64,000 nt of DNA from an uncultured Gammaproteobacteria bacterium (GTDB taxonomy: Bacteria; Patescibacteriota; Patescibacteriia; Veblenbacterales; UBA10138): positions 548,095 to 612,094 of the forward strand of contig CAYVOI010000001.1 in the NCBI GenBank assembly GCA_964453605.1, read 5' to 3'. Numbering within the stretch: position 1 is the first letter of the stretch; each line of letters starts with the position of its first letter. The translations under genes were made by a program, and so were the position numbers. Shown one piece after another: positions 9,333 through 17,577 of this stretch. Under the pieces are notes generated by a model. It did no database searches and was not told where the DNA came from. It saw nothing but the letters and a program-made list of their open reading frames with translations.

Positions 9333-9707
9333 TTAAGCGGTAGCGGGTTTAGTCTTGTACACCTTGAGGTGGCGGAGAAACTCGGCGTTCAGGCGGTTCT
9401 TTGGCAACATGCCGCGCACGGCGTGGCGAACCAGGTCCGCCGGGCTCTTCTCAAACTCTTGCCGCAGCGTGGTGGTCTTTATGCCGCCGGGGTAGCCGCT
9501 AAAGCGGTGGTAGAGTTTTACGTCCAGCTTGGTGCCGGTAAAACGGAGTTCAGCCGCATTCACCACGTGCACTTCTACGTTTGGCACCACGTTCGGCGCA
9601 AAGTTAACTGTGCGCTTACCCCTGAGGTGGTTAGCCACCTCAGTCGCGACGCGGCCTAACGACTTGCCGTTGGCATCAACTACGATGACGTTCGGTTTCT
9701 TCAACAT
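9333..9707 (-). CDS. rplM: 50S ribosomal protein L13
   Basis: VDANGKSLGRVA, SGYPGG and AVRGMLPKN. Confidence 0.97.
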   Translation of the reverse strand: MLKKPNVIVVDANGKSLGRVATEVANHLRGKRTVNFAPNVVPNVEVHVVNAAELRFTGTKLDVKLYHRFSGYPGGIKTTTLRQEFEKSPADLVRHAVRGMLPKNRLNAEFLRHLKVYKTKPATA

Positions 9708-9711
9708 AGGT

Positions 9712-10062
9712 TTATACAAATTCAACCTGTACCATGGCGGCCCGGTCGCCTTGGCGCAACCCTAGTTTCGTTATGCGGGTGTACCCACCAGCCCGAGACT
9801 TGTAGCGAGGACCAAGCACCTCCAGCACCTTGCGCACCGCGCCTTCGGTCGGTAGCCTCTGGAGCAAGAGCCTACGGTGAGCAAGTGATGGTTCCTTACC
9901 GACCGTAACCAGGCGTTCCACGTACGGCCGTACCACACGGGCCTTAGCCTGCGTGGTCTGCACCTTTTCGTAGAGCACCAGGCTCTGCGCCAGGTTCTTC
10001 ACCAACGCACGACGAGGGCCAACCTTACGGTCAAGTATTTTGCCTGATTTGCGGTGACGCAT
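9712..10062 (-). CDS. rplQ: 50S ribosomal protein L17
   Basis: MRHRK..., GGYTRI and RQGD.A. Confidence 0.98.
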   Translation of the reverse strand: MRHRKSGKILDRKVGPRRALVKNLAQSLVLYEKVQTTQAKARVVRPYVERLVTVGKEPSLAHRRLLLQRLPTEGAVRKVLEVLGPRYKSRAGGYTRITKLGLRQGDRAAMVQVEFV

Positions 10063-10080
10063 AGGTAGGTTCCGGAACGT

Positions 10081-10872
10081 TTACTCTTTCTTGGGACGGC
10101 CACGCTTTTTAGCAGGCTTAGGTTCGGCTGGGGTACTCTGAGCTTCAACCTCAGTAGAACTATCGGTCGTAACCATAGACTCTGCCACTGGCTGGCCAGC
10201 TACCACGGCAAAGTGGTCTATGAGTAACGAACTTGCGTACTTTACCGCCTCCAAGGGGTTCAAAGACCCGTCAGTTTCCACATCCAGGCTCAGCTTATCA
10301 AAGTTAGTCATCTGCCCTACGCGGACGTTCTCCACGGTGTAGCCAACCCGATGTACTGAGCTGTAGAGCGCATCAACTGCAATGGTACCTATCTCAAGCT
10401 TCTCTTTCTCGCGGGACTCAACTGGTACGTACCCCCTCCCCTGCTCCACCACAAACTCCACCTCGAGACTAGCTTTTTTATCGGTCAGGGTGGCGAGGTG
10501 CAAATCTTTGTTCATAACTTCAACTTCCCTGTTCTCAGAAATATCACCAGCGGTAACTTCGCGCTCCCCGCTCACCTTGAGGTTAAGCTTGGTGGGCAAC
10601 GCCGAGTGGCTTCTGAGCCTCAGCTGTTTAACGTTCAAAAGAAAATCAACCACGTCTTCCTTAACCCCCGGGAGGGTGGAAAACTCGTGGTCAACTCCGG
10701 TTATCTTCACTGCGGTCACAGCCGCGCCAGGAAGAGACGACAGCAGCACCCGCCGTAAGGCATTACCGAGAGTGGTGCCGTAGCCTGGGTAGCACGGTTC
10801 TATAGTGATACGCGCGTGGTTGGGACCAAGCGTTTCGCTGGTCACGTGTTGTGGAAGTGGTAGTGCCTCCAT
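10081..10872 (-). CDS. rpoA: RNA polymerase alpha subunit lacking the alpha-CTD
   Basis: GYGTTLGNALRRVLLSSLPG, HEFSTLPGVKED and GRGYVP; only 263 aa. Confidence 0.97.
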   Translation of the reverse strand: MEALPLPQHVTSETLGPNHARITIEPCYPGYGTTLGNALRRVLLSSLPGAAVTAVKITGVDHEFSTLPGVKEDVVDFLLNVKQLRLRSHSALPTKLNLKVSGEREVTAGDISENREVEVMNKDLHLATLTDKKASLEVEFVVEQGRGYVPVESREKEKLEIGTIAVDALYSSVHRVGYTVENVRVGQMTNFDKLSLDVETDGSLNPLEAVKYASSLLIDHFAVVAGQPVAESMVTTDSSTEVEAQSTPAEPKPAKKRGRPKKE

Positions 10873-10899
10873 AGGTGTGAGCGAAGTTAATAAGCTAAA

Positions 10900-11514
10900 T
10901 TAGCGTGAGTAGAACTCAACAATGAGCTTCATGTCGAACGGCTGCTTCACCTGCTCTGGAGTGGGCAGGGCTACAAGCCTGGCCTTAAACTCTTTTTGGT
11001 CCACGGCCAGCCAATCGAGCTCCACTGGCTGCTTACCCCAAATTTTACTAAGGGCTACAAAGTAGGGTTTCTGCAGGCTCTGCGGGTCAACGCTTATCAC
11101 CTGGCCGGGGCGCACCGTGTAGGAAGGAATGTCTACCTTGTGGCCGTCCACCTGCATGTGCCCGTGGTTTATAATTTGCCTGGCACCAGCCCGAGTTTTA
11201 CTCAGGCCCATGCGGTAAACCAAGTTGTCTAAGCGAGCTTCCAACAGCTGCAGCAGTACGGCGTCCGTAGCACCCTGCTTTTTGAGCGCGGTTTCGTAGT
11301 AGCGGTGGAACTGGCGCTCCAGCACGCCGTAGACCCAGCGCGCTTTCTGCTTTTCCCGAAGTTGCAAACCGTACACGGTGAGCTTCCCCCGGCCCTTCAC
11401 GCCGTGCATGCCTGGCGGGTAGTTACGCTTAACTACCGGGCACTTGTCTGAGGTGCAGAGCTTTTCGCCGACGCGGCGGCAGAGCCTGTGTTTGGGACCT
11501 AAGTAGCGAGCCAT
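10900..11514 (-). CDS. rpsD: 30S ribosomal protein S4
   Basis: MARYLGPK, QLREKQK, LEARLDN and IVEFYSR. Confidence 0.98.
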   Translation of the reverse strand: MARYLGPKHRLCRRVGEKLCTSDKCPVVKRNYPPGMHGVKGRGKLTVYGLQLREKQKARWVYGVLERQFHRYYETALKKQGATDAVLLQLLEARLDNLVYRMGLSKTRAGARQIINHGHMQVDGHKVDIPSYTVRPGQVISVDPQSLQKPYFVALSKIWGKQPVELDWLAVDQKEFKARLVALPTPEQVKQPFDMKLIVEFYSR

Positions 11515-11524
11515 AGCAGCAAGG

Positions 11525-11977
11525 TTACACGCGGCGCGGCCGACGGGGCCGGCAACCGTTGTGTGGAGTAGGAGTTATGTCTTTAATGGAAAGCACGTTG
11601 AGGCCATTGGCGTAGAGCGCGCGAATGGCGGCTTCGCGCCCCACACCCACACCCTTTACCAGCACATCAACGTCCTTCACACCGTAGTCGCGTACGCGTT
11701 CAGCCACTGCCCTGACCACCACACCGGCAGCGTACGGGGTCGACTTCTTCGGGCCCTTGAACCCAGCTCGACCCGCCGAGGCGGAAACGAGGGCATTACC
11801 AGCTTGGTCAGTGAGGGTCACAATAGTATTGTTGTAGGTAGCCAAAATGTGCGCCTGAGCCCGTACAACTTGCCGCTTCTTCTTGACGCGGCGGCGCTTA
11901 GGCTCGGCTGTAGCAGCACCCTCGGCTGGCGCAGCCGCGGTGTCTTGTTCTGGCTTTTTTAGTTCGACGTCAGACAT
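11525..11977 (-). CDS. rpsK: 30S ribosomal protein S11
   Basis: YNNTIVT, GFKGPKKSTPYAA and PHNGCRP..RRV. Confidence 0.98.
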   Translation of the reverse strand: MSDVELKKPEQDTAAAPAEGAATAEPKRRRVKKKRQVVRAQAHILATYNNTIVTLTDQAGNALVSASAGRAGFKGPKKSTPYAAGVVVRAVAERVRDYGVKDVDVLVKGVGVGREAAIRALYANGLNVLSIKDITPTPHNGCRPRRPRRV

Positions 11978-11986
11978 AAAAATAGT

Positions 11987-12376
11987 TTAGGTCTTCTGCG
12001 CGGTTGGCTTACGGCCACTGCCCATGGTCTTACGCACGTTGCCGCGTACCGTGCGGGAGTTGGTCTTGGTGCGCTGGCCGCGAACAGGCAGCTTGCGCGC
12101 GTGGCGCATGCCGCGGTAGGAACCAATTTCTTTGAGTCGCTTTACGTTGAGCATCACCTCGCGCCTCAGGTCACCTTCCACGCGGTAGTTCTTCTCTATG
12201 ATATCGCGGAGTCTCGCTACCTGCTCTTCAGTTAGGTCTTCCGTGCGGGTGTTGTAGTCAATCTTGGTCTCGGTCAAAATTTTCTGCGCCAAGGGCAAAC
12301 CAATGCCATAGAGGTACGGCAGGGCGTACTCTATACGCTTGCCTTTAGGGAGGTTTACACCGGCGATACGTGCCAT
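11987..12376 (-). CDS. rpsM: 30S ribosomal protein S13
   Basis: [10 protein letters not shown] and [11 protein letters not shown]. Confidence 0.98.
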   Translation of the reverse strand: MARIAGVNLPKGKRIEYALPYLYGIGLPLAQKILTETKIDYNTRTEDLTEEQVARLRDIIEKNYRVEGDLRREVMLNVKRLKEIGSYRGMRHARKLPVRGQRTKTNSRTVRGNVRKTMGSGRKPTAQKT

Positions 12377-12385
12377 AGGAGCTCG

Positions 12386-12499
12386 TTAACCTTGACGCTG
12401 CTTATGCTTGGGATTGCTGCAGAGCACCATCAGCCGCTTGTGGCGCCTGATGACTTGGCACTTGCTGCACATTTTCTTTACCGAAGCGCGAACTTTCAT
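12386..12499 (-). CDS. rpmJ: 50S ribosomal protein L36 (not in ORF track)
   Basis: Manual translation [37 protein letters not shown]. Confidence 0.97.
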   Translation of the reverse strand: MKVRASVKKMCSKCQVIRRHKRLMVLCSNPKHKQRQG

Positions 12500-12505
12500 A
12501 CATCG

Positions 12506-12763
12506 TTAAAAGCGATAAACAATTCTACCTTTGGTTAAATCGTAGGGTGTCATTTCCACCTTAACCCGGTCGCCAGGGATGAGGCGAATTTTGAACATCC
12601 GCATCTTACCTGATAGGTGACCTAAAATCTCGTGGCCGTTGTCGAGCTTGATTCGGAACATCGCGGCTGGCAGAAGCTCGGTAACCTCGCCCTCTACCTC
12701 CAAAAACCCTTTGGGGTTGGCCTGGATGCTTGATTCAGATGACACGTCAGCACTCTCAACCAT
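12506..12763 (-). CDS. infA: Translation initiation factor IF-1
   Basis: [17 protein letters not shown] and [12 protein letters not shown]. Confidence 0.98.
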   Translation of the reverse strand: MVESADVSSESSIQANPKGFLEVEGEVTELLPAAMFRIKLDNGHEILGHLSGKMRMFKIRLIPGDRVKVEMTPYDLTKGRIVYRF

Positions 12764-12913
12764 TGTTGCTTTTTAGGGCAAAAATAAAATTATGTCCGTG
12801 GCGCTAAGCCTAGTGCTTAGAGCCCGACATAACGTCAGTACGAACCTTCCTCAAGAATCGTACCTGGATGCGGTGTGAATAAGCCTAAGGTTATGGATGT
12901 AAAACGCTACTCT

Positions 12914-12941
12914 AGTATAGAAGTTTTTCACTTAGTGTCAA
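12914..12941 (-). promoter_or_regulatory. Sigma70 promoter of the infA-alpha operon
   Basis: TTGACA-16-TATACT; the -35 lies within the last codons of the upstream gene. Confidence 0.75.
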
Positions 12942-13587
12942 GGGTAAAGGCTATGGCTTGAGGGTTATTGGGCATTTTTTTGCTAACATTAGCTAAAAAA
13001 CTAGGATACACCTGAATGGTAACCTCACCTACACCAAGCTCGTCTTTAAGCCACCCTTGGGCATCAGCCATGGGTAGCCCAGCAAGGTGCTTTTGCCAAT
13101 CGCCGAAGGGGAAATCACGGTAGACTTGTGTGTGCACAGTCAGCTGCACGGTGAATAGACGGCCTGAACGCCCAACCACAACCTTGCCCCAGGTCAGTCC
13201 CCTCGCTCCCGGACGCTCAAGCTGCCCCTCCCCCACCACCTGTACGAGAGCATGATCGACTATATCTTGCACAGCGCCCTGCCGCACCGCCACCTGCTGG
13301 TCGCGCGGCACGTTGATAGTGTAGACTGCTTCGCCCAATAGTGTACTACCAGATGTAACAAGTTTACCTGGCACAACTAAGCTAGAGATAACTGGTTCGG
13401 TAACGTCAAGGTCTACCTTAAGCGGCACAACTACCTGTGCCACTTCATAGCGCGGGGTAACGTGCACTACCACACGTGGCCAGACTAAACTCGCTAACCC
13501 CACAAGGAGTAGCACCACACCACCGAGGAACAGGTACAGCCAACGCTTACCTCGTCCGCTACTTACCACTGACGAAGTTCTAGCCAC
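12928..13587 (-). CDS. Membrane-anchored hypothetical protein
   Basis: Single N-terminal TM helix; fills the gap between alaS and the infA promoter. Confidence 0.7.
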   Translation of the reverse strand: MARTSSVVSSGRGKRWLYLFLGGVVLLLVGLASLVWPRVVVHVTPRYEVAQVVVPLKVDLDVTEPVISSLVVPGKLVTSGSTLLGEAVYTINVPRDQQVAVRQGAVQDIVDHALVQVVGEGQLERPGARGLTWGKVVVGRSGRLFTVQLTVHTQVYRDFPFGDWQKHLAGLPMADAQGWLKDELGVGEVTIQVYPSFLANVSKKMPNNPQAIAFTLDTK

Positions 13588-13596
13588 AAGCTCTTG

Positions 13597-15423
13597 CTAC
13601 TGAACTACTGCCTTAATGCGCCGTACCCCAGCTGCCACCGCCTCTTCTTTCTGAATTTTGAACTTCCCTATCACGCCAGTGTGTTCCACGTGCGGGCCGC
13701 CGCAGAACTCACGGCTAATAACTTCGTTGGTCTTAGGGTCATACACCGTGTACACGCTGACGGTGTCAGCATACTTTTCACCGAACACGCCAATAGCGTT
13801 TAACTTCCGCGCTTCCCCGAGCGGCATTATTTCTTTCTTGACCGTAAGGTCACGCGCTATCCAGCCGTTGACTAATTCTTCTACGTTTTGCTTTTGCTCA
13901 TCAGTCATTTTTTCGGGGTGGGTAAAGTCAAACCGCGTGCGTTCTTTGGTGATGTTACTCCCCTTTTGCCACACCTGGTCGCCTAAGACTTTTCGGAGCG
14001 CGGCGTTCATGAGGTGAGTGGCGGTGTGGAGCCGTACCACTTCATCGGTGTGATCAGCCAAGCCACCCTTAAACACACCAGCGGAAGCGGTACGGGAAAG
14101 CTCTTGGTGTTTCTTAAACTCAGCTTCAAACTGCTGCTTATTCTCTGCGCCCACATCGCCCGACATTTGAGCCGCTAGTTCTTGGGTCAATTCCCAAGGG
14201 AAACCATAGCTCTGGTATAAATCAAAGCCGTCGGTACCCGTGAGGCTGCCGCGCGCCATGCGCTTCTCAAACTCTCTGAGGCCTTTTTCAAGTGTGCTGC
14301 CAAACTTTTCTTCCTCAGCCGCTATAGCTTTAAAAATAGCTTCAGAGTGCTGTACCAGCTCTGGATAAACGTGGTCATATATAGTTACCACCTGCCCCAC
14401 TAAACCTTTGAGCCAGTGGGGTTTGAGGTTAAGGAGTTTAGCGTAGACCATCGAGCGCCGGAGCAACCGCCGCAGCACATATCCACGGTCTTTGTTCGAT
14501 GGCTCCACGCCATCACCCACCATGAAGGTAGCGGCACGCACGTGGTCTATAATCACGCGGGCTTTGCGCACCTGGTCGTTGGTCAGGCCGTGCAGCGACA
14601 GCCCAATGACATCAAACATGGGCTTAAACAGTTCAGTGTCGTAAACAGAAGTTTGCCCTTTAAGCACTGCCAGGGTTCTATCTAAGCCCATGCCTGTATC
14701 CACATTGGGCCTTGGTAGAGGCTCAAATATATACTCAGGCTTGGCTGTTTTGCCGTGCCCCGCACCGAGCTCTGCTCTGGTGCGGCGGTTGTACTGCATG
14801 AAAACGTCGTTCCAAATTTCTACCCAGCGTTTGTCACCCTTGGACTCTTGGAAGTTAGCTGGCGCCGGTGTACCGTCGTCCACCCAGTAGAACATTTCGG
14901 TGTCTGGGCCGCAGGGGCCAGTTTGCCCAGCTGGGCCCCACCAGTTGTCCTCCTTACCCAAAAAGGCAATGCGTTCAACACTCACTCCGTGCGACATCCA
15001 AAGCTTGGCCGACTCTTCGTCACGCGGGGCGTTTTCATCACCCGCGAAACAGCTAAACGCCAGCCGCTCCAGCGGCAGCCCTAACCACTTCTTGTCAGTT
15101 AAGAACTCAAAGCTCCAAGCAATGGCGTCTTTTTTGAAATAGTCTCCCAAGCTCCAGTTCCCGAGCATTTCAAAGAACGTGAGGTGGGTGTTATCCCCTA
15201 CCTCATCGATGTCCCCCGTGCGAATGCATTTCTGTACCGAGGTTAAGCGCTTACCACCAGGGTGTTCCGCGCCTAAGAGGTACGGCACCAGCGGGTGCAT
15301 GCCGGCGGTGGTGAATAGCACGGTTGAGTCATTCGCCGGCACCAAAGAAGCGGACGGAATAACCGTGTGCCCCTTAGCCTTAAAAAAATCGAGGTACTTT
15401 TGCCTAAGCTCCTGCGCGATCAT
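13597..15423 (-). CDS. alaS: Alanine--tRNA ligase (short form without C-Ala domain)
   Basis: LFTTAGM, HLTFFEMLGNWS and VDTGMG; editing motifs HTATH and EFCGGPH. Confidence 0.97.
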   Translation of the reverse strand: MIAQELRQKYLDFFKAKGHTVIPSASLVPANDSTVLFTTAGMHPLVPYLLGAEHPGGKRLTSVQKCIRTGDIDEVGDNTHLTFFEMLGNWSLGDYFKKDAIAWSFEFLTDKKWLGLPLERLAFSCFAGDENAPRDEESAKLWMSHGVSVERIAFLGKEDNWWGPAGQTGPCGPDTEMFYWVDDGTPAPANFQESKGDKRWVEIWNDVFMQYNRRTRAELGAGHGKTAKPEYIFEPLPRPNVDTGMGLDRTLAVLKGQTSVYDTELFKPMFDVIGLSLHGLTNDQVRKARVIIDHVRAATFMVGDGVEPSNKDRGYVLRRLLRRSMVYAKLLNLKPHWLKGLVGQVVTIYDHVYPELVQHSEAIFKAIAAEEEKFGSTLEKGLREFEKRMARGSLTGTDGFDLYQSYGFPWELTQELAAQMSGDVGAENKQQFEAEFKKHQELSRTASAGVFKGGLADHTDEVVRLHTATHLMNAALRKVLGDQVWQKGSNITKERTRFDFTHPEKMTDEQKQNVEELVNGWIARDLTVKKEIMPLGEARKLNAIGVFGEKYADTVSVYTVYDPKTNEVISREFCGGPHVEHTGVIGKFKIQKEEAVAAGVRRIKAVVQ

Positions 15424-15435
15424 AGCAGCCTCAGG

Positions 15436-16557
15436 TTACCAGAGAAACCCTTTCTTTTCAACCTTATCTATAACTGCACCGCCAAGAACGTAAAGGTCGC
15501 TAGGCGACCCACGTTCCACGGCTTTGTAGAATACAGTTGATTGCCCGGGCGTAATGGCGCGCTGATTTTTAGTAAAGGTTATAGAGAGAGTTCGCCCACG
15601 CTTCACTACTTGTGCTGGCACCACAGGGTGTCGGTAGCGGTGCCGCAGCAAAAATGTAGCTGGTAGCTTAGGGCTGCTGCCTGCTACCCAGTGTACCTGG
15701 CTAGCGCTTAGTGTACGTGCAAGTAAGTGTCTTTGTTCTGTAAGTGTTCCAACAATGAGCGTGTTCTGCTTCCACCGTCTACCTAGCACGTACCAGGGGC
15801 CCCCAGAAAGCCCAAGGCCATGTCGCTGGCCGACAGTATAAAAGGCTAACCCCTTATGCTGCCCCAGCACCTGGCCTTTCGTATTCACCATCGGCCCTGG
15901 TTTTTCCTTGAGCCTAGTCCGTAAAAAATCTTCCACCCGTACCTCACCAATAAAGCAAATGCCAACACTGTCTGGCTTCTCTGCCACTGGCAACTTGGCG
16001 CGCTGTGCTATCTTCCTGACCTCCGGCTTTGTGAGCTCACCTACTGGAAACAGTAAGTGCTTAAGCTGCTGCTGTGTTAGCGTGTACAGAAAGTATGACT
16101 GGTCTTTGTTAGCATCACTGGCCGCCAGCAGCTGGAGTGGCCCAGTGCGCGGGTGAGCCACGCGGGCGTAGTGGCCAGTGGCAATAAAGTCCGCGCCTTC
16201 TTTCAGGGCGCGCTGCAAGAACAGTGGAATTTTGACGTACTGGTTGCAGCGAACGTCGGGGTTGGGGGTGCGGCCGCGCGCGTACTCACGGAAAAAGTGA
16301 TCTATAACAAGCTTGCGGTACTCGCGCTCAAAGTCCCATACTGCAAAAGGGATTTTGAGTTTTTTAGCTACCGCTTGGGCGTCGTCACGCTCCCTGACCC
16401 AGTTACACTCCCCAGCTAGGTTGTCGTGGGTGCCGGTCCAGTTCTTCATAAACACACCTTTAACGTGGTAACCTTGTTTTAAAAGCAGGTATGCCGAAAC
16501 TGCAGAGTCGACTCCGCCCGAAAGCGCTACATACACCGTAGGTTGGGTTTTGGGCAT
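15436..16557 (-). CDS. mnmA: tRNA 2-thiouridine(34) synthase
   Basis: ALSGGVDS, TPNPDVRCN, ATGHY, KDQSYFL, GICF and TPGQ. Confidence 0.97.
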   Translation of the reverse strand: MPKTQPTVYVALSGGVDSAVSAYLLLKQGYHVKGVFMKNWTGTHDNLAGECNWVRERDDAQAVAKKLKIPFAVWDFEREYRKLVIDHFFREYARGRTPNPDVRCNQYVKIPLFLQRALKEGADFIATGHYARVAHPRTGPLQLLAASDANKDQSYFLYTLTQQQLKHLLFPVGELTKPEVRKIAQRAKLPVAEKPDSVGICFIGEVRVEDFLRTRLKEKPGPMVNTKGQVLGQHKGLAFYTVGQRHGLGLSGGPWYVLGRRWKQNTLIVGTLTEQRHLLARTLSASQVHWVAGSSPKLPATFLLRHRYRHPVVPAQVVKRGRTLSITFTKNQRAITPGQSTVFYKAVERGSPSDLYVLGGAVIDKVEKKGFLW

Positions 16558-16573
16558 AAGGTTAGTATACCAA

Positions 16574-16600
16574 AACCCGTCCACCCTGGGCGGACGGGTT
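16574..16600 (-). terminator. Terminator after sortase
   Basis: AACCCGTCC-N9-GGACGGGTT hairpin with a U-tract on the minus strand. Confidence 0.7.
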
Positions 16601-16614
16601 AAAGATTACACGGA

Positions 16615-17550
16615 TTACTTCACCAACTCTCCTATAACCACAAAGCGCTTAAAGGCGGTACCAATAGGCCACGAGGTTTGGAGCGTTACCAGCTTACGCT
16701 TGTAGGCGTACTGCCCCAGGTAGCTAACGTCGGTAGCGGCTACCACCTTGGCCTCGAATACACGGTAGGTAAACGCTTGCCCTTGTGCGTTCGTCAGGAT
16801 AATATCAGCGCCAATTTTGATTTGCGGTAGCACCGCGAACACGGTACGGTAGCGCCCGTTGCTCCACCAGTAGTCACTGGAGTGACCAAAAATGTAGTCG
16901 TTGCCTAAGTTGCCCGGGTTAGCGCTCCCGGGGTAGTGCACCACACCGTTCTTAAGCCCCGCCTGGAACGCGTCCTCCGTAGCTTGCGTCACGTACACCA
17001 CGGGCACCTGCAGCCCGAGGCTTGAAACCGTAAGTGTGTTGGCAGGAACACCGGGACTCGCTGCCAAGGTTACTGCAGCTGGGCTAGGGTTAGTCAGCGT
17101 AGCAATAAAGCTGGCCGCAGTACTAAGGCTAGGTACGCGGTAGCGGTGCGCGTCAGTTGGGTTTACGTACCACAGCTCACCACGTGTCTCGACCGCCACA
17201 AAGAGCTTACCCTTCTGCTGTTTGGCAAAGGCGAAGTTAATAGCCTGGCGGTCCGTGGGCTTAGTGTAGTTCACCAAACCATCACCTACAGGTATACGCG
17301 CCAAGTTAGCATTGGTAATGCCAATGACTTTCGGGGTAGGCAGTGGTACTGGTGCAGTGGGAGCTACGGCCAAAGCTGCCGTGGTAGTCTGCTTAGGCGT
17401 TTCGGCCTGCGCTACCGCGGGCGGCAACGAAAATGAACCTGGGGCTACGGCGTAGCGCACGTTGAGCCACAGCGACTGCGCGTTGAGAAGCACAGCCGCC
17501 ACCACACTCAACCCAAGAGCTGCTGCCAGTACTCGCCAGGGGCTAGTCAT
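16615..17550 (-). CDS. Sortase-family protein (TLQTS variant)
   Basis: N-terminal TM; GVVHYPGS..PG..GN..IFGHSS, TLQTS and downstream R. Confidence 0.9.
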   Translation of the reverse strand: MTSPWRVLAAALGLSVVAAVLLNAQSLWLNVRYAVAPGSFSLPPAVAQAETPKQTTTAALAVAPTAPVPLPTPKVIGITNANLARIPVGDGLVNYTKPTDRQAINFAFAKQQKGKLFVAVETRGELWYVNPTDAHRYRVPSLSTAASFIATLTNPSPAAVTLAASPGVPANTLTVSSLGLQVPVVYVTQATEDAFQAGLKNGVVHYPGSANPGNLGNDYIFGHSSDYWWSNGRYRTVFAVLPQIKIGADIILTNAQGQAFTYRVFEAKVVAATDVSYLGQYAYKRKLVTLQTSWPIGTAFKRFVVIGELVK

Positions 17551-17577
17551 AGCTGTTCTGTAGTATACCTCTCGGAG

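Noticed and set aside
13597-15423. alaS as a truncated pseudogene
   Set aside because: Catalytic and editing motifs are intact and the stop is clean; short AlaRS lacking C-Ala is known in reduced genomes.
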